Positions 10,076-18,776 are shown, counted from the first letter of the stretch. The stretch: DNA of 64,000 nt from an uncultured Dictyoglomota bacterium (GCA_964654465.1 CAZZIO010000040.1:64001-128000), one strand, 5' to 3'. Made by a program: numbers and translations. Notes: generated by a model not told the origin, from the letters alone.

Positions 10076-11157
10076 GAAAAATTAGGCCTGATAAATTTGA
10101 AAAAATTATCAATCTTGCAATAAATCTTGATGCTTCAGATATCCATCTTAAAGTGGGAACACCTCCTGCAGTAAGAATCATGAAAGATATAGTCTTATTA
10201 AAAGAGGATCCTTTAACTTCAGAGGAGGTAGAAAACTTAGCCTTCAGTATAATGCCTCCAACAGCAAGAGAAATATTTCAAAAGAACAAAGAAGTAGATT
10301 TTCCTTTTGAAAAAAAAGGATTAGCAAGATTTAGAGTAAACGTCTATACCCAAAGACAAACCATAGCCATTTCCATGAGATTAATAAAAATTAATATACC
10401 ATCAATAGAGGAATTAGGTCTCCCTCAAATAATAAAAAGTCTTGTAATGAAGAGAGCGGGTCTCATATTGGTTACTGGCCCATCTGGTTCTGGGAAGTCT
10501 ACCACATTGGCAGCAATGATCGAATATTTAAATCAAAATGAGAACCTAAATATCATCACTATTGAAGACCCTATTGAATATGTCTTTACAGACAAATTAT
10601 CTCTCATCTCTCAAAGAGAAATAGGTATTGACACTGCTTCTTTTTCTTCAGCTCTTAAAATGGCTTTAAGGGAAGACCCAAACGTAATTATGGTAGGAGA
10701 GTTAAGAGATCTTGAAAGCGTTTCTGTAACCCTGCAGGCGGCTGAAACTGGACATTTGGTACTAAGCACCTTGCATACTATAGATGCTGTTTCTACAATA
10801 AGTAGAATCGTAGATATGTTTCCTCCCCACCAGCAAAATCAAGTTAGATTTCAGCTTGCAAGTACCTTAGTAGGAATTATTTCCCAAAGGCTTCTTAAAC
10901 GAAAAGATAAAATGGGCTTAGTTCCTGCATGCGAAGTTCTAATAGGGAATTCTACTGTAAGAAAATGGATAAGAGAGAATAAACTAACAGAGATTCCAAA
11001 GATTATTCAAGAAGGTCAATTAGAAGGAATGCAATCCTTCAATCAACACTTATTAGAGCTCTATAGAAAAAACATAATAGAAGCAAGTGAGGCTTTGATG
11101 GCAAGTCCTAATCCTTCAGACTTAGAACTTGCCATCAAAGGCATCACAGCAGGCTAA
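10072..11157 (+). CDS. pilT: Type IV pilus retraction ATPase, PilT/PilU family
   Basis: ASDIHL, RFRVN, GPSGSGKSTT, TIEDPIE, MVGELRD, AETGHLVLSTLHT, GMQSF. Confidence 0.9.
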   Translation: MRKIRPDKFEKIINLAINLDASDIHLKVGTPPAVRIMKDIVLLKEDPLTSEEVENLAFSIMPPTAREIFQKNKEVDFPFEKKGLARFRVNVYTQRQTIAISMRLIKINIPSIEELGLPQIIKSLVMKRAGLILVTGPSGSGKSTTLAAMIEYLNQNENLNIITIEDPIEYVFTDKLSLISQREIGIDTASFSSALKMALREDPNVIMVGELRDLESVSVTLQAAETGHLVLSTLHTIDAVSTISRIVDMFPPHQQNQVRFQLASTLVGIISQRLLKRKDKMGLVPACEVLIGNSTVRKWIRENKLTEIPKIIQEGQLEGMQSFNQHLLELYRKNIIEASEALMASPNPSDLELAIKGITAG

Positions 11158-12215
11158 ACTACAGTTAATTCTTTTCTAACACTTAGCAAATCCATCATTG
11201 TAAAATATGCTAATAGATAGGAAAGCAAGCTTTCAGACCCTTGATTCAGGTTAACTCCATCAGGAGTTATAGCATCGTAGCATCCATATGTCTCATTATC
11301 TATAAGAGACACTTTCCTTGAGTTTTTTCCATGAAACCACATAAAGACATCTTTAGCTTTACCAATATAACTTACATCTTTTAGAACTTCATAAGCCTCT
11401 TTGTAAAGCAATATCATTTCTCCTGCTTCTAGTGGTTGTTCATCATATTCCGCTATAGTTCCACCTCTTATATACCAACCATTACAACCTATGGGTTTAA
11501 AATATCCATATCTAAATACAATTTTCTCTAAAAACTCCATACTATCTAATGCTACATCCCAGATATCTTTTTCTCTTAACACCTTATAAGCCACAAAAAG
11601 AGAGAGAGGAAGAATCGCATTACTATACGCCATTATATCTTCAAACCATTTCCATGATTCATCCATATTTTCTCTAAATTGCCTTACCAAGGATTTGGAA
11701 AGGTGAGAAACATATTCCTTAATTTGAGCTCTATCTAAGGTGCTTTCTTTTAAAGAATAGTATAACCCTAATATAACATATGCTTTAGCTCTTGGAGATT
11801 TTATATATTCAATATATTTCAAAGCATTATGCAAAAGTTCTTTATAAAGCATTCTTACATTTAAAGGTAGTATATTCTCAGAAACACAGTAACCAAGAGC
11901 CCATATTGTTCTTCCAAAACTATCTTCAGAACCTTCATCTTCCAAAAATCTTCTATCATAACTCATAAAATTTCTAAAGTTACCTTTTGGGGTTTGAGCA
12001 TTTAATATAAAAGATGAATATCTATATATAAGATCCAAATATTTTTCATCTCTAAAATTTCTATAGAACATAGTAGCAACAATTAATGCTCTTGAATTAT
12101 CATCGGTAGTATACCCAAAACGGGGATCTGGAACTCCAAACTTTGAGTGTTGAATAATTCCAGTATCATCAGTTAATCTGAATAAATGTTCATCTCTGGG
12201 GCGAATAAGTTCCAT
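11154..12215 (-). CDS. Uncharacterised GT4-partner protein, probable (alpha/alpha)6-barrel glycosidase-like fold
   Basis: DDTGIIQH, YTTDDNSRAL, SEDSFGR, WFEDIMAYSNA, YDEQPLEA, NQGSES; start at ATG 12215 after SD AGGAGGTG. The fold is inferred. Confidence 0.7.
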   Translation of the reverse strand: MELIRPRDEHLFRLTDDTGIIQHSKFGVPDPRFGYTTDDNSRALIVATMFYRNFRDEKYLDLIYRYSSFILNAQTPKGNFRNFMSYDRRFLEDEGSEDSFGRTIWALGYCVSENILPLNVRMLYKELLHNALKYIEYIKSPRAKAYVILGLYYSLKESTLDRAQIKEYVSHLSKSLVRQFRENMDESWKWFEDIMAYSNAILPLSLFVAYKVLREKDIWDVALDSMEFLEKIVFRYGYFKPIGCNGWYIRGGTIAEYDEQPLEAGEMILLYKEAYEVLKDVSYIGKAKDVFMWFHGKNSRKVSLIDNETYGCYDAITPDGVNLNQGSESLLSYLLAYFTMMDLLSVRKELTVV

Positions 12216-13411
12216 TTTTTCCACCTCCTTCCACTAAATGTTTCTATCTTTTTATTTACAACTTCGTCAAACAACTTTATATATTTCTCTGCCACTACAT
12301 TCCACCACATACTTTTGCCATATTCAAAAGCTTTTTTCTCAATACCTTCTCTAAGATCTCTATTGTAGTAAACTTCTTTAATAGCTTCAGCAATAGCATT
12401 AGAATCTCTAAAATCAACTAATATTCCTCTTCCATCTGAAAGAAGTTCCTCTGCATATCTATAAGCCGTTGATATGATAACTTTTCCAGAAGCAAGAGCA
12501 TAACTCAATGTGCCACTTACTGCTTGTTCTTTACTTAAATATGGCGTCACATAGATATCTGATAATTGTAAATATTTCAAAATCTCATCTAATGTTAAAT
12601 ATCTATTTACGAACATTACATGATCCTCTAAATTATACTCCTTAACCATATTCATCAATTTATCTCTATAACTTTCTCCAGAATGCTTAATTACACCAGG
12701 ATGAGTTCTGCCAAGAATTAAATATATGATACTGGGAATCTTATCTTTTACTTTAGCAATAGCTTCAATAGCATATTCAATTCCCTTTCCCGGTCCAATA
12801 AGTCCGAATGTGCTTACTACAAATCTTCCTTCTAAACCAAGCTCTCTCTTAAGTTTCTCTCTATCTACTTTAGTATTTATTGGAACACCATGAGGAATAT
12901 GTAAAATCTTTTCCTCAGGTATATTGTAAATATTCACCAATAATTCAATTGTATTTCTAGCCATTGTTACCACTTTTACTGCTTTTGACCCGATATAACT
13001 TACAATGTACTTTTGTTTGTCGATTGGATTTAATAGGACTGTATGCAAAACAAATATAAATGGTTTCTTAGTATTATCAACTAAATGAAGAAGATATTCT
13101 CCATATTCCCCACCATATATACCATACTCATGTTGTATTACCAAAAGATCTATATCTGATTCATTGATAAATTGTGCAACTTCAAAATAACTTTCCTCTT
13201 CAAATTGTTTTAATTCTTTAATAACTTTCTCATCATAAAGATAAAAATCATCACTTATAGCAATAACATTTGTATTAACAAAAGGATTATATAAAGGAGC
13301 AATTTTATCTATTTCAGATACTAAATCTTCAGTAAAAGTTGCTATACCACATACTCTTGGAGGATAAGTACTCAAAAAAGCTACATTTATAACTACCCTA
13401 TCTTTTACCAT
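12173..13411 (-). CDS. Glycosyltransferase family 4 protein
   Basis: STYPPRVCGIATF, QHEYGIYGG, IPHGVP, FGLIGPGKGIE, DIYVTPY...SGTLSYALASGK. Confidence 0.92.
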   Translation of the reverse strand: MVKDRVVINVAFLSTYPPRVCGIATFTEDLVSEIDKIAPLYNPFVNTNVIAISDDFYLYDEKVIKELKQFEEESYFEVAQFINESDIDLLVIQHEYGIYGGEYGEYLLHLVDNTKKPFIFVLHTVLLNPIDKQKYIVSYIGSKAVKVVTMARNTIELLVNIYNIPEEKILHIPHGVPINTKVDREKLKRELGLEGRFVVSTFGLIGPGKGIEYAIEAIAKVKDKIPSIIYLILGRTHPGVIKHSGESYRDKLMNMVKEYNLEDHVMFVNRYLTLDEILKYLQLSDIYVTPYLSKEQAVSGTLSYALASGKVIISTAYRYAEELLSDGRGILVDFRDSNAIAEAIKEVYYNRDLREGIEKKAFEYGKSMWWNVVAEKYIKLFDEVVNKKIETFSGRRWKKWNLFAPEMNIYSD

Positions 13412-13555
13412 AAGTCCCCACCTCCTTTATAGAGTGAGAATATCAAAAGATTTGTTTTTAGATGAAACTTTAAATCAGATTGTAGTCTACCGATTTTTGT
13501 GGTACCAAAATAGTTACTTTTTTTATATATTTACATCATATATCTATCTATAAAA

Positions 13556-13584
13556 ATTATATATAATAACAGAAAAATAGTCAA
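13556..13584 (-). promoter_or_regulatory. Putative strong sigma70 promoter of the GT4 pair
   Basis: TTGACT (13584-13579), 17 bp, TATAAT (13561-13556). Confidence 0.7.
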
Positions 13585-13628
13585 GTTGTATACTTGAGAT
13601 GATAATAGTATGAATAAAAGATTTCTAA

Positions 13629-14072
13629 TCAAGAGTTACAAATGTAAGAAATATAATCTAAGGCAAGAAAATAACTATAAATTCCAAATCCTGATATTTG
13701 ACCTATACATACTGGAGCAATAACTGACTTATGTCTAAAATCTTCTCTTGAATAAATATTACTTAAATGAACTTCTATAGTGGGCTTTTTTACGGCAGTT
13801 ATAGCATCTCTTATTGCATAACTATAATGGGTTAAAGCCCCTGCATTAATAATAATAAAGTCTACTTTACTACCTAAATCCTGAATCCAATCTATAATCT
13901 GACCTTCCCAATTAGATTGCAAAATAGTTATCTCAAACCCCTTCTCCTGTGCTTTTTTTATAATAATATTATTCAAAGTTTTAAAATCTAAATCCCCATA
14001 AATATGGGGTTCTCTAATACCCAAAAGATTAAGGTTTGGACCATGTATTAATAATATTTTACACTTTTCCAT
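13629..14072 (-). CDS. aroQ: Type II 3-dehydroquinate dehydratase
   Basis: HGPNLNLLGIREPHIYG, QSNWEG, INAGALTHYS, EVHLSNIYSREDFRH. Confidence 0.98.
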   Translation of the reverse strand: MEKCKILLIHGPNLNLLGIREPHIYGDLDFKTLNNIIIKKAQEKGFEITILQSNWEGQIIDWIQDLGSKVDFIIINAGALTHYSYAIRDAITAVKKPTIEVHLSNIYSREDFRHKSVIAPVCIGQISGFGIYSYFLALDYISYICNS

Positions 14073-14589
14073 ATGCTTGCAGACCTTTAACTATCTCTTT
14101 AACAATTAAATTAGGATTTTTCCCCTCTGTATCTAAAATCAAATGGGCAGTCTCTCTATAATACTTTTGTCGCATTTCATATATCTCTTTAACTTCTTTT
14201 ATATCTCTTTTAAGAATTGGTCTTTTTTCAAACTCTTCTTCTTTTTGCAATCTATTTATTAAGGTATCAAAATTACTATATAAGTAAATAACAAAGGATT
14301 TTTCTTTTAATAATTTTCTATTCTCTTCCTTTAGTATAATTCCCCCTCCTGTTGAGATTATAACTTTTTCATAATCCTCTATCACTTTATTAAGATAAAA
14401 TGACTCCCTTTCTCTAAAATAATCTTCACCCTTATCAGAGAAAATTTTAGTTATTTTTTCCCCCTCTTTTTCTTCTATATAACAATCCAAATCAATAAAA
14501 GGATAACTCAACTCTTTCGACAAAAATAAACCTACTGTGGTTTTCCCACTACCCATGAAACCTATAAGGGCTATCCTATTTATATTCAT
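14059..14589 (-). CDS. aroK: Shikimate kinase
   Basis: GFMGSGKTT, DLD, GEDYFRERE, STGGG, RPIL. Confidence 0.97.
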   Translation of the reverse strand: MNINRIALIGFMGSGKTTVGLFLSKELSYPFIDLDCYIEEKEGEKITKIFSDKGEDYFRERESFYLNKVIEDYEKVIISTGGGIILKEENRKLLKEKSFVIYLYSNFDTLINRLQKEEEFEKRPILKRDIKEVKEIYEMRQKYYRETAHLILDTEGKNPNLIVKEIVKGLQAYGKV

Positions 14590-14714
14590 CTACCAATAAA
14601 ATACATTCCCCAAAGTATGAATATGCTTGCTAAAAAAAATACCGACACAATCAGCGCAACTATCCTGATAATTTGCATTTTCTTTTCTTTTTTGGTTTTT
14701 GCTTTCTTTGCCAT
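14586..14714 (-). CDS. Small 42-aa single-pass membrane protein (not in ORF track)
   Basis: MAKKAKTKKEKKMQIIRIVALIVSVFFLASIFILWGMYFIGR*; SD GGAGGG upstream; stop overlaps aroK start (ATGA). Confidence 0.8.
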   Translation of the reverse strand: MAKKAKTKKEKKMQIIRIVALIVSVFFLASIFILWGMYFIGR

Positions 14715-14718
14715 AAAA

Positions 14719-14844
14719 TTATCCCTCCGAATTATATCCTTCTCTCACATCATAACAGTTATTATAGTGAGGACACTTCTGACAACATCCTATCTTGTGA
14801 TTCAAACACTCATTATAATATGGGCATTCATCACAACAAAACAT
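14719..14844 (-). CDS. Small 41-aa cysteine-rich protein (not in ORF track)
   Basis: MFCCDECPYYNECLNHKIGCCQKCPHYNNCYDVREGYNSEG*; SD GGGAGG 6 nt before ATG; sits co-directionally between speE and the next small ORF. Confidence 0.82.
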   Translation of the reverse strand: MFCCDECPYYNECLNHKIGCCQKCPHYNNCYDVREGYNSEG

Positions 14845-14858
14845 TAAAAACCTCCCTT

Positions 14859-15773
14859 TTAATCCTCTACCGCATATAGAGGAGCATTATCATATGCTAC
14901 TCTGTTTTCCTTTTCAATTATATTTCTTAGATTTTTAGGTAATGAAAACATCATTTTATGGGTTTCCCCATCATAAAACTTCAGCCCCTCTAAGCCTTTA
15001 TTTTTCAATATATCATCAATTTCTTTTTCCGAATATTCTTTTGGATCTATTTTATCACTTGCAAATATAAAACTCCATATGAAATCATAAGCAGGTACAT
15101 AAGCTTGGTAAGATCTAACCTTTTTAAAAATAGCTCTTAATGTTGAGTTCATCACTGTATGGAAATATATCTTTAAATGATGTGTGGTACCCGCCTGCAT
15201 TACAAAAATTCCATCTTCCTTTAAATGTTGTTTAACAATATTATAAAACTCATAAGTAAACAATTTAACGGCTGGACTTCCTTCCATAGGTTCAGATAAA
15301 TCACTTATAATTACATCAAATTGATCCTCTGTTCTTTCTAAGTAAGCCCTTGCATCATCTATAATAAGTTTTGTTCTATGGTCTTCAAAAGAACCTTGAT
15401 GCCACTCTGGCAAAAACTCTTTTGAAACCCTAACTACTTCTCCATCTATATCCACCATTACCGCTTCCTTTACATCTTTATGTCTTAAAACTTCACGCAG
15501 AGTGGCACCTTCAGCTCCTCCCATAATCAAAACTTTCTTTTCTTTGGATGGATTTAAAACAAGAGCAGGATGTACTATTGCCTCGTGATATATAAACTCA
15601 TCCTTTTCACTGGATTGAATTCTTCCATCCAAAACTAAACACTTCCCATAAAAACTACTTTCTATAATATCAATCTTTTGAAAAGGTGATTGCCCTGTAT
15701 AATAAAACCTACTTATACCATGCCAGTGAATCTCACTGGGATGATTTTTTTCAATTATCCAATAAGCATCCAT
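14859..15773 (-). CDS. speE: Polyamine aminopropyltransferase
   Basis: QSPFQKI, LVLDGRIQSSEKDEFIYHE, GGAEGATLRE, VDIDGEV, DVIISD; next to speD. Confidence 0.95.
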   Translation of the reverse strand: MDAYWIIEKNHPSEIHWHGISRFYYTGQSPFQKIDIIESSFYGKCLVLDGRIQSSEKDEFIYHEAIVHPALVLNPSKEKKVLIMGGAEGATLREVLRHKDVKEAVMVDIDGEVVRVSKEFLPEWHQGSFEDHRTKLIIDDARAYLERTEDQFDVIISDLSEPMEGSPAVKLFTYEFYNIVKQHLKEDGIFVMQAGTTHHLKIYFHTVMNSTLRAIFKKVRSYQAYVPAYDFIWSFIFASDKIDPKEYSEKEIDDILKNKGLEGLKFYDGETHKMMFSLPKNLRNIIEKENRVAYDNAPLYAVED

Positions 15774-15808
15774 AAATTGTCCACCTTTCCAATATTATTT
15801 TTTACCAG

Positions 15809-16237
15809 TCAACCTACAGTCTCTTTTTCCTTTTCCTTCTCCTCCTTAGGTTTATAATTAAAATTACCTTCCTCTATTGGGAGAATACCACGCTTGGCCT
15901 CAAAAGTTATTACTTGTTCTGCCTGCAAATAATTATTTAAATATTCAAAAGCCTTCCATGGATTAACATGATCTCCACAAGTAAAAAGATCACAAGCAGC
16001 AAATCCATATTCTGGCCATGTATGTATAGCAAGATGAGATTCAGATATAACTACTACCCCGCTTACACCGTATGGACTAAATTTGTGAAATACAACCTCA
16101 ACCACTTCTGCTCCAGCAACAACAGCTGCATTTACCATTATTTCCTTAATCTTTTCAACATCATTTAATATTTCACGGTTGCAATTGTACATCTCAGCTA
16201 AAATATGTCTTCCTAAGGATTTCCCAGTGATATTCAC
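15809..16237 (-). CDS. speD: S-adenosylmethionine decarboxylase proenzyme
   Basis: [33 protein letters not shown] (E-S cleavage site), DLFTCG. Confidence 0.96.
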   Translation of the reverse strand: MNITGKSLGRHILAEMYNCNREILNDVEKIKEIMVNAAVVAGAEVVEVVFHKFSPYGVSGVVVISESHLAIHTWPEYGFAACDLFTCGDHVNPWKAFEYLNNYLQAEQVITFEAKRGILPIEEGNFNYKPKEEKEKEKETVG

Positions 16238-16276
16238 CTCGGTCCCGCCTCCTTTCTCAAAAATTTTACGAAAGCA

Positions 16277-16305
16277 ATTTTATCACTAACACCATCATTT
16301 ATCAA
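16277..16305 (-). promoter_or_regulatory. Putative sigma70 promoter (extended -10) of the speD-speE-aroKQ operon
   Basis: TTGATA (16305-16300), 17 bp, TAAAAT (16282-16277) preceded by TGn. Confidence 0.7.
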
Positions 16306-16400
16306 GAGATTTTCTAGGAAAAATAACTAAAAATAGGAGTTTTTTGAAAATTTATTCTTCTTTATCCTATTTTTTGCATTATTTTAAGATTTTTTTCTAT

Positions 16401-16982
16401 TTATATATGTTTTTTAAGAGTTACTTTATAAATTGGTTGATATATAGGTCCTTGAGGAGTAAGAGTACTTTCAAAAAGTACAATTTCTTCAACTAAAATC
16501 TCTTCCTTTTTAAAATCAAAATCCTGTAAAATTCTAATATTCTCTTTAACCCTTCCAAGAGTTAGATGAGGAGAAAAAGGCTTTTTCTCTTTTGGTATTC
16601 CTTTTTTTACCAAACGTCGTTCAATAAGATCAAAGATCTTTTCCAAATTTCCTAATCCATCTTTAATTCCTATCCATAATACTCTTGGAGAACTAAGAGA
16701 CGGAAATCCCCCAAAACCCTCTAAAGTTATAGAAAAAGACTCTACATAGTGACTTACCTCATCCAAAACCTCTTTAATTTCATCAACATACTTTTCAGAA
16801 ACTTCTCCTATAAACCTTAAAGTAAGATGAAAATTCTCTTTTTCGACCCATTTTACATTACCAATTATGGAATTTCTTACACTTTTCTGAAAAACAAAAA
16901 TCTTTTCCTTTAGATCTTCTGGAAAATCTATGGCTATAAATAATCTTTTATAACTTATGTCTTTAGAAGATTTCTTTGCCAT
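16401..16982 (-). CDS. thpR: RNA 2',3'-cyclic phosphodiesterase (2H family)
   Basis: RLFIAI, two HxT motifs (HLTLRFIG, PHLTLGR), GPIY. Confidence 0.95.
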   Translation of the reverse strand: MAKKSSKDISYKRLFIAIDFPEDLKEKIFVFQKSVRNSIIGNVKWVEKENFHLTLRFIGEVSEKYVDEIKEVLDEVSHYVESFSITLEGFGGFPSLSSPRVLWIGIKDGLGNLEKIFDLIERRLVKKGIPKEKKPFSPHLTLGRVKENIRILQDFDFKKEEILVEEIVLFESTLTPQGPIYQPIYKVTLKKHI

Positions 16983-17460
16983 ATTTGTAAAAATAATAAG
17001 CTCCAGAATATAAAGTCAAAATTAAAGCAATTCCTATCAAATACTCTTTTAAAGGTAGGCTTAGAATAAAAAAAATTATAGCCATATCTTGAAAAACTGT
17101 TTTTATCTTGCCTGATCTTAATGCAGGGAGAATTATATTTTTTTGTAGTAATGCCATTCTCAATCCCGTAACCATAAATTCTCGGAAAAGAATAAATATT
17201 ACAATCCAAGGCGAAATCAAATTCATACTAACAAAATATATTAAAACACTTATAACCAAGATCTTATCAGCTAACGGATCCAAAAATTTACCTAAATTAG
17301 AAATTTTGTTATACCTTCGAGCAATTTCTCCATCTAAATAATCAGTCAGAATAGCTAATAAGAATAAAGCAAAAGATAAAAAAGGACTCTTCGGAAAAAG
17401 TAAAAGGATAGGAAAAGTTAAGAAAATACGGAAAATAGTAAGGAAATTAGGAATATTCAT
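16963..17460 (-). CDS. pgsA: CDP-diacylglycerol--glycerol-3-phosphate 3-phosphatidyltransferase
   Basis: NIPNFLTIFR, TDYLDGEIAR...GKFLDPLADK, GKIKT. Confidence 0.95.
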   Translation of the reverse strand: MNIPNFLTIFRIFLTFPILLLFPKSPFLSFALFLLAILTDYLDGEIARRYNKISNLGKFLDPLADKILVISVLIYFVSMNLISPWIVIFILFREFMVTGLRMALLQKNIILPALRSGKIKTVFQDMAIIFFILSLPLKEYLIGIALILTLYSGAYYFYKYGKEIF

Positions 17461-18776
17461 ACTATCTCTCCTAATAAATCATAAGATTTGTATTTTTTAA
17501 TTCTAACCTTTACTTTTTCGCCCATTTTAATTTTCTTTTTTTCTGCCCCTACTATGTAGATAAGACCATCTACTTCTGGAGCTTCTCTCCAACTTCTTCC
17601 GTAAAAATATCGCCCATCAAAACCTTCTACTATAACTTCTAACTCTTTATTTACCATCTTTTTATTTAAATCCTTAGATATTTCCTTTTGTGTACTCATA
17701 ATAATATCTACCCTTTTTTTCTTTTCTTCTTCATCTATTTGCTCTGGAAGATTTTGGGCTTTGGTACCATCCTCCGGATAATATGGAAAAACTCCAAGTC
17801 TATCAAAATAGTATTCTTGTATGAAATTATATAATTCCTCAAACTTTTTTTCTGATTCTCCTGGAAATCCAACAATAAATGTAGTTCTAATTATAGCATC
17901 AGGAAAATTTTCACGAATCTTATTCCAAATATTAATTATTTCATTTTTTCCATAACTTCTATTCATATTTTTAAGGATCTCATCATTAACATGTTGTAAG
18001 GGAATATCAAAATAAGGCACAATCTTCTCAGAATTCTTTATAAGTTGGATAATTTCATTACCTAATCTACTTGGATACAAATATAGCAATCTTATATAAA
18101 AATCTCCTTCAATTTTTTCAAGCTTACTAAGAAGTCTTGCTAAGGAAGGTTTTCCATACAAATCTTCACCATATCTTGTGGTATCTTGAGATATCATATT
18201 AATCTCTTTTACACCATTTCTTATTAATTTCTCTACCTCATTTACAATATCTTCTATCTCTCTACTTCGCATCCTACCCCTTATATACGGAATAGTACAA
18301 TAACTACAAAAATTATTACATCCTTCTGATATTTTCACATATGCACTATAAGGAGTAAAAAGTAATCGGGTCATTGCAGAAGTATAAAGAAAGTTAGAAG
18401 CTGGAGAGGTAATAACTTTTTCCGTAAATCCGTTATCCTTATTCAACAAATTTTTGAAATTCATATATTCACCAGGACCTATAAACAAATCTACAAATGG
18501 GAATTTACTCTCCAAATCCTTTTTAAATCTTTCCACAAGGCAACCTGTAACTACTATCTTTTTACCTAATTTCTTATATTTTTCTAATGAACGTATACTA
18601 CTTTCCGATTCCTCTAAAGCAGGTTTTATAAAAGCGCAAGTATTAACTAATAGAATATCTGCCTCTTCTTCTGAGGATGTAAGAGTATATCCTAATTCTT
18701 TCAAAAATCCTAAAATTATTTCTGTATCCACTTGATTTTTAGCGCAACCTAAATGTATTATACCTGCCTTTTTCAT
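17457..18776 (-). CDS. rimO: Ribosomal protein S12 methylthiotransferase RimO
   Basis: LGCAKNQVD, NTCAFI, EGCNNFCSYCTIP, RLLYLYP, APEVDG, C-terminal TRAM. Confidence 0.97.
   Translation of the reverse strand: MKKAGIIHLGCAKNQVDTEIILGFLKELGYTLTSSEEEADILLVNTCAFIKPALEESESSIRSLEKYKKLGKKIVVTGCLVERFKKDLESKFPFVDLFIGPGEYMNFKNLLNKDNGFTEKVITSPASNFLYTSAMTRLLFTPYSAYVKISEGCNNFCSYCTIPYIRGRMRSREIEDIVNEVEKLIRNGVKEINMISQDTTRYGEDLYGKPSLARLLSKLEKIEGDFYIRLLYLYPSRLGNEIIQLIKNSEKIVPYFDIPLQHVNDEILKNMNRSYGKNEIINIWNKIRENFPDAIIRTTFIVGFPGESEKKFEELYNFIQEYYFDRLGVFPYYPEDGTKAQNLPEQIDEEEKKKRVDIIMSTQKEISKDLNKKMVNKELEVIVEGFDGRYFYGRSWREAPEVDGLIYIVGAEKKKIKMGEKVKVRIKKYKSYDLLGEIV

Noticed and set aside
13528-13556. Weak resemblance to a dif (Xer) site
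   Set aside because: The right arm reads TGATGTAAAT rather than TTATGT(T)AAA, and the left arm lacks the inner TAA; likely a chance AT-rich match
14617-14879. Plus-strand ORFs 14617-14847 and 14673-14879 from the ORF track
   Set aside because: They are antisense to two minus-strand small ORFs that have SDs, operon-consistent orientation and coupled junctions
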